From positions 1 through 49,468 of the forward strand of contig CALUDF010000001.1 in assembly GCA_943914745.1 (NCBI GenBank): a stretch of DNA of 49,468 bases. Reading direction: 5' to 3'. A program made the translations under genes and the position numbers. Below are positions 29,410 to 37,711 of the stretch, piece by piece (the first letter of the stretch is position 1; each line of letters begins with the position of its first letter). This stretch comes from an uncultured Bacteriovorax sp. Lineage in GTDB: Bacteria > Bdellovibrionota > Bacteriovoracia > Bacteriovoracales > Bacteriovoracaceae. The notes beneath the pieces are model-generated. The model worked only from the letters and a program-made list of their open reading frames with translations, had not been told where the DNA came from and did not search any database.

Positions 29410-31356
29410 TTAATTCATGGTGTTTGCCATGAGCTTTTCGATATCTTCGCGTTTTAAGGTGACTAAAACATCGCGCTCTCCAAGAGGGCTGATGTTGGTT
29501 GGAGTTACGCCGAGTTTACTATAGAGCCTGCGGTGAATTTTTGAGGTGTAAATGTAGACGGTTTTGATGCTCGGGTCTTGCAAAACAATGCCTGCCGCCT
29601 GGTTGATGAGCGACTTGGAGAGTTTTTCCGCATCGGCATCTTTCGAGACGGTGAGGCGCACGATCTCTGCAGATTTCTCTCCCGCTTTTCTCTCCAGCAC
29701 TTTTCCCGTCGCTTTTTCCAGCGGAAGAAGCTCATCTGTTTTGCCAGAAATAACGACGCCCACGCCACCTTTAAATTCTTTAGCGTCTTTAATGGTGTTT
29801 GGGGTGTTGACGATGAGTTTTGTTCTCGGGGCAAAGTCCTGGCTCGATTTGATGAAGCCCTTAATTTCTTCAGGGGTTAAATTCAAGCGCTCAGAGTAAA
29901 TGTTTCCTACGAACTTCCAGTAATCATCAGGAAGAGACTTCATGTGCTGATCGCTTACTCGCTCAATCTTAGAGAGGTCCATGTAGGTAAAAGTTCCTTG
30001 GTCTTTTGTCGTGAACTCTTTGGCCCATTGGTTTTTTCCCAGCGGAGCATTTTTTAAATTCGCCCCGATTTGAGAGGATGCCTCTGCTGTTGTTGTTAAC
30101 TGCGGAGTGAATTTTGACTTGTAGAATTTCAGGACAGGCCCCGGGATATCAGGGGCAATGGCCATGAACCAGCCGAGTGAAGTGACAAACATTGTGTCTT
30201 GGTATTCTGTTTTACAGTCGGAGAGTTGCTGAAACTTCTCTTTTTGGGCAGCGATGAAATATTTTTGCTCGAGAGCTTTGCAGGCTTCTCCCATTTTCAT
30301 GACTTCCGCAGTTTGAAGAGCATTGGTAGAGAGGCCTACGGCCGCACGTGAGAGCCAAGCCGCTTGCTCGATTTCTCTTGCACTCAATCCCCAGCGAAGA
30401 AGTTTTGCTCCAAGGGCACCTTCTAATCCAAAAACACCAGCGCGTCCCCATGGTCCCAGTAAAAAAGGTGCCACAAAAAGAGATGTTTCAATGCCTGTTT
30501 TGACTAGAGCGTCGCGCTTTCTTTCTTTTTCCCTTTTTTGAGAAAGAGAGCAAAGCATGTCTTGTTTATCCGATGGAGGAGGAATCATCTCAAAGCGATC
30601 CAAGAGATCATCGACAATCTGCGGGTGATTGGAAGTGAGATTCTCCAGGTATTTTTTAGCGTAAGCCCCATTATTTTTATGAGTGAGAGGGGCTTTTTGA
30701 TCATTGAGGTAAGTGTCGTAGTTGTAGACTTTATCCAGAAGAGTTTGTGCCGTTTCGCGGCTGGCATTTTTAAGTAGGCCCTTGACCACATCGGCGGAAG
30801 GAGTGCGGTCGTCACTTTTAAGATCCTGAACTTCTTTTTTTAAATACTCTTCAATGCTCGAGTGACTGAGAAGAGGCCTCTTGAGTAAAAGGAGAGCTTT
30901 TGATTGTTGAACGCGCACCAGTTCATCTTCGAGTTCCACTCGGCGGATAGGGCCGCAGTGGCCTTGGTAGCAGATATCCAGTCTCGCTTGAATCGCGCGG
31001 AGGTTAATCGAAATATGATAGAGGGTCAGGAAATCTTCCTGTGTGCCTTCCCATTCTTTCTTTAGCTGAGGTTCAAGGTCTTTATTATTGATTTCTCTGT
31101 TGTCGAGATAGCGGAAAAGATCGCCGTAGAGATTTTTCTTCTGACGGTAAATTTCCTGATGTGTTCTTATTTCTCCTTCAATCCACAAAAAAGTATCGAT
31201 GGAAGAAAGGCTTGCAGGAATGACCTCGCCTGTTTTTGCATAAAGCTCCTTGCAGGGAGTTCCTTGGGCACTTTCCTGACAAAGAGGGCTGGTCCACGCG
31301 TTATTTGAGTAAACCGTGGCAAGAAAGGAAAATGTAAGGATTTTTAGCGTTTTCAT
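29410..31356 (-). CDS. Large secreted hypothetical protein with possible C-terminal GNAT-like domain
   Basis: Signal peptide, helical N-terminal region, Gly-rich hydrophobic segment, C-terminal AEIVRLTV...HRRLYSKLG. Confidence 0.8.
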   Translation of the reverse strand: MKTLKILTFSFLATVYSNNAWTSPLCQESAQGTPCKELYAKTGEVIPASLSSIDTFLWIEGEIRTHQEIYRQKKNLYGDLFRYLDNREINNKDLEPQLKKEWEGTQEDFLTLYHISINLRAIQARLDICYQGHCGPIRRVELEDELVRVQQSKALLLLKRPLLSHSSIEEYLKKEVQDLKSDDRTPSADVVKGLLKNASRETAQTLLDKVYNYDTYLNDQKAPLTHKNNGAYAKKYLENLTSNHPQIVDDLLDRFEMIPPPSDKQDMLCSLSQKREKERKRDALVKTGIETSLFVAPFLLGPWGRAGVFGLEGALGAKLLRWGLSAREIEQAAWLSRAAVGLSTNALQTAEVMKMGEACKALEQKYFIAAQKEKFQQLSDCKTEYQDTMFVTSLGWFMAIAPDIPGPVLKFYKSKFTPQLTTTAEASSQIGANLKNAPLGKNQWAKEFTTKDQGTFTYMDLSKIERVSDQHMKSLPDDYWKFVGNIYSERLNLTPEEIKGFIKSSQDFAPRTKLIVNTPNTIKDAKEFKGGVGVVISGKTDELLPLEKATGKVLERKAGEKSAEIVRLTVSKDADAEKLSKSLINQAAGIVLQDPSIKTVYIYTSKIHRRLYSKLGVTPTNISPLGERDVLVTLKREDIEKLMANTMN

Positions 31357-31364
31357 TGGGAAAC

Positions 31365-31391
31365 TTGTCGGTTTTTAGGGTGTTTTATTAA
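31365..31391 (-). promoter_or_regulatory. Sigma28-like promoter
   Basis: TTAAT-N14-ACCGACAA, ending 8 nt upstream of the ATG at 31356. Confidence 0.45.
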
Positions 31392-31473
31392 GAGAAAAAG
31401 ACCCTTTCGGTAGGCAAATAGGGGGGGATATGGTTAAATGGGACAAAATTTTATTTAGCTAAAGGAGACTAAT

Positions 31474-32631
31474 ATGAGCGTTTATATTCTATCAGGTGCC
31501 CGCACTCCAAATGGAAGTTTCATGGGATCGTTAAGTGGTGTTTCGGCGCCAAAGCTAGGGGCGGTCGCTATTGAAGCGGCTCTAAAAAAAGCAGAAGTTG
31601 ATGCTTCTAAAGTTGATGAAGTTTTCATGGGCAACGTTGTGAGCGCCGGTGTTGGACAAGCTCCAGCTCGTCAGGCCGCGATCTTTGCAGGTCTTGCTGA
31701 CTCAGTTCCATGCACGACAATCAATAAAGTTTGTGGCTCAGGGTTAAAAACAATCATCACTGGAGCTCAGACAATTCTTGCTGGAGACAACAAACTCGTT
31801 GTTGCTGGTGGAATGGAAAACATGTCAATGGCACCACATCTTCTACTTAATTCAAGAAATGGTTTTAAGTTTGGTGATGCCAACATGAAAGATGCAATGG
31901 CCTTTGATGGTCTAACTGATGCCTACGCTAATGTCCCAATGGGAGTCTGTGCGGAAGAGGCGGCAAAAAAATACACTAACCGCGAGGAGCAAGACGCTTA
32001 CTCGATTGAGTCTTTCAAGCGCGCTCAAGCAGCGATTAAAGATGGAATCTTTGGTTCAGAAATCGCTTCTGTAACAATTAAAGGTCCAAAAGGAGACACT
32101 GTTGTTTCTGTGGACGAAGGTCCAGGAAAGGCGAACTTTGAGAAAATGCCTTCTTTGAAGCCGGCCTTCGACAAAAACGGAACAATCACGGCGGCCAATG
32201 CTTCAACCATCAATGATGGAGCTGCAGCAGTTGTTTTAGGTGGAGAAGAGTACAAATCACAAGCAAAATTCAAGATCGTCTCATACGCCAGCCACGCGCA
32301 GAGCCCGACTTGGTTTACAACAGCTCCTGTTGAAGCTGTTCATAAGGCCCTAAGTAAGGCTAACCTTAAACTTGATCAAATTGATCTTTTTGAGGTGAAT
32401 GAAGCTTTTGCAGTAGTTGCACTAGCGGCCATGAAGGAGTTAAAATTAGATCATAGTAAAGTTAACATTTACGGTGGTGGAGTGAGCTTAGGTCACCCAA
32501 TCGGATGTAGCGGAACCAGAATCGTTGTGACATTGATGACAGCAATGGAAAACAAAAAAGCGAAATATGGAATGGCCGCAATCTGTATCGGTGGTGGAGA
32601 GGCACTTGCTCTGGTACTTGAGAGAATCTAG
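31474..32631 (+). CDS. atoB: Acetyl-CoA acetyltransferase (thiolase)
   Basis: NKVCGSG, NEAF, GHPIG.SG, CIGGG. Confidence 0.95.
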   Translation: MSVYILSGARTPNGSFMGSLSGVSAPKLGAVAIEAALKKAEVDASKVDEVFMGNVVSAGVGQAPARQAAIFAGLADSVPCTTINKVCGSGLKTIITGAQTILAGDNKLVVAGGMENMSMAPHLLLNSRNGFKFGDANMKDAMAFDGLTDAYANVPMGVCAEEAAKKYTNREEQDAYSIESFKRAQAAIKDGIFGSEIASVTIKGPKGDTVVSVDEGPGKANFEKMPSLKPAFDKNGTITAANASTINDGAAAVVLGGEEYKSQAKFKIVSYASHAQSPTWFTTAPVEAVHKALSKANLKLDQIDLFEVNEAFAVVALAAMKELKLDHSKVNIYGGGVSLGHPIGCSGTRIVVTLMTAMENKKAKYGMAAICIGGGEALALVLERI

Positions 32632-32658
32632 TACTCATTTTTATTTTTAAGGATTGTC

Positions 32659-33702
32659 ATGATGACAGGATCGGCGGCTCAGAAGAAATCAGGGATTAAA
32701 ACTCTTGCTCCAGGGCAGATTCTCTTCAACGAAGGAGACGCCGCTGATTCCATGTACATCATCCAGAGAGGACAGCTCAGGCTCTTTCGCCCGAAGGGAA
32801 AAGGATTCGTCGAGGTTGCTGTCCTTCGCACGGGAGAGATGTTAGGAGAGATGGCCTACTTTGATCCCGACTCTAAAACAAGAAGTGTATCCGCTTCCGC
32901 TATTACGTCAGTAGACATCATTGAAATTTCTTTTAATGCCCTGGAAAAGACCATGTCTGGTTTAAACCCGTGGTTTAAGACTTTGATCAACACTCTTGCT
33001 GAACGCCTGAGAAAAACGAATGAGAGAGTAAGGGCGCTGGAGAATAACTCTGTTGGTTTTTCTTCCGATTATAAGTTTTTCCAATCGGCAGACATCGTCA
33101 AAATGCTTTCAGTTCTTTTTTTAACTTTTAGAAGTTTAGGGGAGAATAAAGAAGGCAAGTGGCATTTAAATTACAATAAAATTAAAACGTACGCCCTTGA
33201 GATCTTCAACATCAATGAGGCCAAGCTAGAAGAGTTCATTCAGCTCCTAACGGATGAGAAGCTCATTGAGATCACCATTGATGAGCAAGATGCTTCAAAA
33301 AACATCATCACCCGCGAGCCTGACACATTTAGGATCTTTCAGGTTTTTTTCAATACGCAGAGATCCCTTCGCGATGAAAAGAAGCTCATCATTTCTCCCA
33401 AGTGTGAAAAGTTCTTAATCAAGGTCATGGAGGAGTGTGAGTCTCTTCCGGTTGTTGATGGAAAAGTGGACTTGGAAATCTCCAAGGTTGTCGCTCACTT
33501 TAAGCAATACAATTTGCCAATCACCATGGATGATTTTGACGGCGCTAAAAAGGCCAAGTTTTGCGGAGAGTACCGCATGGGCGAAAACAATGTCATCACC
33601 ACGACCATTCACATCGATTACCTGAAGAAAATGTATCCGGTGATCAGATTCATGAACGCCCTCAACCGTGTTAACGAGTTGAAGGCGAAAGGTAGTTTAT
33701 AA
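32659..33702 (+). CDS. Cyclic-nucleotide-binding (Crp/Fnr-like) protein
   Basis: LFNEGD..DSMYII..G, GEMAYF...RSVSA, C-helix LAERLR; extended C-terminus. Confidence 0.88.
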   Translation: MMTGSAAQKKSGIKTLAPGQILFNEGDAADSMYIIQRGQLRLFRPKGKGFVEVAVLRTGEMLGEMAYFDPDSKTRSVSASAITSVDIIEISFNALEKTMSGLNPWFKTLINTLAERLRKTNERVRALENNSVGFSSDYKFFQSADIVKMLSVLFLTFRSLGENKEGKWHLNYNKIKTYALEIFNINEAKLEEFIQLLTDEKLIEITIDEQDASKNIITREPDTFRIFQVFFNTQRSLRDEKKLIISPKCEKFLIKVMEECESLPVVDGKVDLEISKVVAHFKQYNLPITMDDFDGAKKAKFCGEYRMGENNVITTTIHIDYLKKMYPVIRFMNALNRVNELKAKGSL

Positions 33703-33704
33703 AA

Positions 33705-35204
33705 TTACTGATTCTTTGAGTTGTACAGAACGTTGATCGTGTTCGATGACGTGTTCTGGATCTTGTAGCTTCCATTAAGTCTTAGGAAATACCCAGAAGT
33801 CGTTCCCGCCGGGATGTTGGCCACTTTGTAGCTTTGATCAAGTGCCGACGTGTACTGAAGGCCCATATAGTCCCAACCATTCGTTGCAGACTGAGGGATT
33901 TTAGTTCCATTGATATAGACTTCAATCGTGCTGGTGTTTGGTTCGCCGTATTGAAGATAGATATAACCATAAGTTGTTTTTTCAGCAGAGAAAGTTACGG
34001 TTAAACAGTCAGGGTAGACGACGAGGTCGTTTCCGTCTACTCCGTGGAGTTGGATCATTTTTCCAACGAAAGGCTCTCCGGCCGTAGGATAAAAACGTGT
34101 GTTTCTTGATTGAGAGACGTTATCAAAAGTAAATCCGTCAGCTGGATTAGATTCACCAGTTCTGTTTGTTAGGATCTTTCCATCAGAGCGCACAACTCTA
34201 ATCGTTGATTCGTCGATAGATGTCGTGGCCCCAGTTACTGGCCAGTAATCATACTTGTGTTTTAGAAGAGTTTGTTTGATCGCCGTGTTTACACCATCAA
34301 AGATGTGTGAGAAGTCGATCGAGCAGAGGTTGTAGCTGTCTGGATATCCTGAGAGGTCAGGGCTTAAGTGGTCGTTTGATGTCGGCCATCCGTTATTGTA
34401 AGGAGCTTCATAAAGAGACTTAGCCACTTTTCTGTAAGAGTAGTTCATCTTGTAATTACCACTTGAACAAGATGTAAGAGGAGAGATGTTGATGAATCTC
34501 ATCATTGTCGAATTCAGCGATGTGGCCTGAGTGTACCCTGTTCCAGTACAAGAGGCGTAAGTGTTACCTCTTAAGCATAGAAGCTTATTGATTTTTGGGT
34601 CAATGTATTGGTCTTTGTCGTAGTTGGTTGTACACACTGGTCCTGAGAGACCACAACCCTTATCGTCTTCGTTTGAAATAACGACGATGATTGTATAAGC
34701 ATCATTTCTAAAAATACCATTGCTTCTGTTTTGCTCGATAACGCTGATGGCGCGGTCAACTCCCACTTCCGCAGAACCATTTCCAGGAGTGAATCCAAGA
34801 CCAGAGACAGCAGCATCTTTTGTTTTAACGATACTCAAAGCTCCACCAGAAAGACCTGTGTTATTTTTGACAACAAGTTGTCCTTCATAAAGGTTCGTCG
34901 TGCTTGCCGGAACAAGCGGAAGAGTTAAAAGGTGATAATCAAAGTTTTCAGAGACAGCACTAATCAAGTTTGACATTGAAGATTTTGTCGCCGTCGTAAC
35001 AAAGTTAAAACTTGAAGAGTTATCCCACAACATCAGGATGTCTACTTTGGGACTGATGAGAGTCGATTGGGAACATAATTTGTTCGCAGTCGTCTCAAGA
35101 GTGCTCAAGCTCGTATTTTGAGTTCCTTTGTTGACCGCGAATTCTTCTTTTGCACAAGCTGAAAAGAGGAGAACCATGGCCATCATAAGTAGTTTGTTTT
35201 TCAT
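33705..35204 (-). CDS. vWA-domain lipoprotein
   Basis: Lipobox FSAC; VDILMLWDNSSS MIDAS-like DxSxS; IVVISNEDD; several Cys pairs; Ser/Thr/Asn-rich beta C-terminus. Confidence 0.8.
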   Translation of the reverse strand: MKNKLLMMAMVLLFSACAKEEFAVNKGTQNTSLSTLETTANKLCSQSTLISPKVDILMLWDNSSSFNFVTTATKSSMSNLISAVSENFDYHLLTLPLVPASTTNLYEGQLVVKNNTGLSGGALSIVKTKDAAVSGLGFTPGNGSAEVGVDRAISVIEQNRSNGIFRNDAYTIIVVISNEDDKGCGLSGPVCTTNYDKDQYIDPKINKLLCLRGNTYASCTGTGYTQATSLNSTMMRFINISPLTSCSSGNYKMNYSYRKVAKSLYEAPYNNGWPTSNDHLSPDLSGYPDSYNLCSIDFSHIFDGVNTAIKQTLLKHKYDYWPVTGATTSIDESTIRVVRSDGKILTNRTGESNPADGFTFDNVSQSRNTRFYPTAGEPFVGKMIQLHGVDGNDLVVYPDCLTVTFSAEKTTYGYIYLQYGEPNTSTIEVYINGTKIPQSATNGWDYMGLQYTSALDQSYKVANIPAGTTSGYFLRLNGSYKIQNTSSNTINVLYNSKNQ

Positions 35205-35251
35205 AAAATTACCTTAACATCTCGAAAGGTTTACGTGAGTCTTCTTTAGTC

Positions 35252-35278
35252 TTATCGGTTTTTTAGGATATTTCTTGA
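35252..35278 (-). promoter_or_regulatory. Sigma28 (FliA)-like promoter
   Basis: TCAAG-N14-ACCGATAA upstream of the vWA lipoprotein gene. Confidence 0.6.
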
Positions 35279-35388
35279 GATACCTGATTAAAATCCTCCT
35301 TAAAGGGCAAAATGTTCAACCCTTTTTTTGTAATTTCAAAAAGTTAAAATAGATAGATAGGTTTGTATATAAAGGATGAGGAGACTAT

Positions 35389-36213
35389 ATGGTTAACTGG
35401 TATTACGTTGTGGGTAGCGATCGCGTGGGCCCAGTCAGTGTAGAGGCACTCAAACAACTTTTTTTGAATAATGAAATAACGATTGATACCTATGTTTGGA
35501 AAAAAGGCTTTCAGAATTGGGAGCGTCTAAAAGACGTGACGGAGCTTGCCTTTGAAGCCGAGCCTATAGCGGAAGCCCAGATACCTCCAGTGATTTCGCA
35601 GTCAAAAAAGGCAGACATTACAAGGGAAATTAAGATTGCTGATCTTCAAAAAGTAGAAACGTTTTCTCCTGAAATTCAATTCTCATTTGATTGGAAAACA
35701 GTAAGAGAAAAGGAAGAAATTTTCTTCATCCGCATTGGGAAAGACAGGAAGAATTTCAGCGGCTCAAATATTTTTGGACCTTATTCAATGGTCGAATTAA
35801 AAGAGGCCATTGATGATAAGCGTATTAATCTTCAGACTTTAGTCTTTGCTCCAGGAATGGGGTCATGGACAAGAATTGAAGAGACTCCGCTCAATGCGAA
35901 TTACCGTCCTGGAATGTCCTCTGTTTCTCTCAATGAGCAGCCCCTTGTTTTAGTTTTTGACTACTCGCCATTACCACTCGTGACAATGGTGAAAAAAGCA
36001 GGAGTGAAAGATGGAGTGCTTTTAGGAGCTGGTCCATTTATGAATTTCGCCAATAAAACAATTAAGGCTTCTTTGTACGTTGGCAGTGAGATCAAAGTGA
36101 AAAACGTGCAAGTGATCGTGCAGAGCTATGACAAAAAAGATCAGACGATCGAGTGTTTGTTCATGGATTTGGATCAAGACGCTAAGAGAATCATGCTCAA
36201 TCATGCAGTCTAA
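35389..36213 (+). CDS. Tandem GYF_2 (DUF4339) protein with PilZ-like C-terminus
   Basis: WYY...GPVS...L...I...TYVWKKGFQNW, a second copy FGPYS..EL...I....LVFAPGMGSW, and a C-terminal F.DLD.D.KR helix. Confidence 0.85.
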   Translation: MVNWYYVVGSDRVGPVSVEALKQLFLNNEITIDTYVWKKGFQNWERLKDVTELAFEAEPIAEAQIPPVISQSKKADITREIKIADLQKVETFSPEIQFSFDWKTVREKEEIFFIRIGKDRKNFSGSNIFGPYSMVELKEAIDDKRINLQTLVFAPGMGSWTRIEETPLNANYRPGMSSVSLNEQPLVLVFDYSPLPLVTMVKKAGVKDGVLLGAGPFMNFANKTIKASLYVGSEIKVKNVQVIVQSYDKKDQTIECLFMDLDQDAKRIMLNHAV

Positions 36214-37120
36214 AAAAGAAATGTTTCATTTGGAATGGAAAAAACTCACAGAAGAGGTGAGTGTGACCCATTTTTCCTCAGAATGCCGTGGGATTTTTCG
36301 TCCTGAGCAGATTTATTTGAAGAGAATTCAGGCAAAAAAACCTGGTACAAATCCTGTTACTTTTTTTCTTTTTCACGACGTCTCTTCTTACCATGGAAGA
36401 TTTTTAAACCTCATCAAATGGTTTTCTGCCCAGCACCCGAATGTCTCTTTTGTCCTGATGGATTTTTTAGGGCATGGTTTAAGTTCTGGGACGAGGGGGC
36501 ATATTGAAAAGTTTGGAGATATCGCCACTGACCTGGTAAGGGCTTTGGAGTTAATTGAAAAGAAATCAGACGAAAAATGGGTGGCCTTAGGTCATGGCCT
36601 TGGGGCTTTGGCCCTTTTAGAAGTGGCCAATCGTTTTGATGAATCAATCAAGGGAAAAATCGACAGCTATATCGTCTCTAATTTCGTTTTAAACTTTTCT
36701 TCACTCATCCTGGAGATTCAAAACAGGCTTCTTTCATCAACTCTTCCTCTGGGGAATGTGATGAAGACAATGAGACCCATGGAAGTCTATTTACCTAATC
36801 AGGTCTTAAGCCATCCAAGGGAGCAGGCCCTCTACCTTGAAGACCCTCTCTTGGTGAGAAAGCCAACTTTTCAGACCCTTCAATGCATTGGTCACAAGGT
36901 CAAGAGCATTTACCAGGATGCTTACTTTCTTGATAAGCCAACTCTGCTTTTAAAAAGCGAGAGCCCCTATCTTTTTTCACGCGGAATGGAGTCTTTTTCA
37001 AAAGGCTTTAAAAAGGGTTTTTTGACGGAAAAGATGTATCCAAATTTAAGACATGACTTGTATAATGAAAGAGATAACCTAGAAGTTTTTAACGATATTG
37101 CTCATTGGATCCAATCATGA
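36203..37120 (+). CDS. Alpha/beta hydrolase-fold protein (lysophospholipase-like) lacking the nucleophilic Ser
   Basis: DFLGHGLSSG.RGHI, GHGLG in place of GHSxG, HDLYNE; start moved to ATG at 36203. Confidence 0.82.
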   Translation: MQSKKEMFHLEWKKLTEEVSVTHFSSECRGIFRPEQIYLKRIQAKKPGTNPVTFFLFHDVSSYHGRFLNLIKWFSAQHPNVSFVLMDFLGHGLSSGTRGHIEKFGDIATDLVRALELIEKKSDEKWVALGHGLGALALLEVANRFDESIKGKIDSYIVSNFVLNFSSLILEIQNRLLSSTLPLGNVMKTMRPMEVYLPNQVLSHPREQALYLEDPLLVRKPTFQTLQCIGHKVKSIYQDAYFLDKPTLLLKSESPYLFSRGMESFSKGFKKGFLTEKMYPNLRHDLYNERDNLEVFNDIAHWIQS

Positions 37121-37647
37121 AAAAGTCTCTCTCAATTCTCAGTTCCCTCTTAATGGTTTTAGTGCTTAGTTCATGTGCGAACTTAAGTAAAAACACTGTC
37201 AAGGAAGGAAGCTTTGTCGTGAGAAACGGGACGGCCGGAGATAAGATCTGGAGCGAGAATTTAAAGCTCACGCGCGTGACTTGGTACCATGAACTGACTA
37301 TGGAGTTTGACCTGATCATGGGATCAATTTCTCCGCAATCTGGTTTTAATTTTTGGTTTTCGGCAGGGGAGCTTGCTGAAGTTAACAAGTGCCAAGATTT
37401 TAAAATCGTCCTGGCCTATTCGATGGACACTAAGGTTCTTCCTTACTCAGTTCTCAATGAGCAGCTCGACTTGGCCGGTTACAGAAAAGTTGAGCTTTTA
37501 ACTTTTAAAAAGCATTTCCTTCAACACCCAGACTCAGAAATGAACTCTCTGCGCCTGTATCAAGTCTATGGCGTTTGCCGTGCCGAAAACCAGAACAAGC
37601 CATTGATTTTTAACTTCCCAGGCTTCACCGAAAAAGTCGTAAACTAA
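37117..37647 (+). CDS. Hypothetical lipoprotein
   Basis: MKKSLSILSSLLMVLVLSSC lipobox; ATGA overlap with the upstream stop. Confidence 0.8.
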   Translation: MKKSLSILSSLLMVLVLSSCANLSKNTVKEGSFVVRNGTAGDKIWSENLKLTRVTWYHELTMEFDLIMGSISPQSGFNFWFSAGELAEVNKCQDFKIVLAYSMDTKVLPYSVLNEQLDLAGYRKVELLTFKKHFLQHPDSEMNSLRLYQVYGVCRAENQNKPLIFNFPGFTEKVVN

Positions 37648-37660
37648 ATAAAAATTTGGC

Positions 37661-37688
37661 TTAAGTTTTTCTTTAAAACTTCCGATAT
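37661..37688 (+). promoter_or_regulatory. Sigma28 (FliA)-like promoter
   Basis: TTAAG-N15-TCCGATAT upstream of the kinase gene. Confidence 0.55.
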
Positions 37689-37711
37689 AAGATACGGGAG
37701 CTTTAAAAAAA

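Noticed and set aside
24797..32631. hbd-crt-acyl-CoA dehydrogenase and thiolase as a novel pathway
   Set aside because: Ordinary short-chain acyl-CoA metabolism with canonical motifs.
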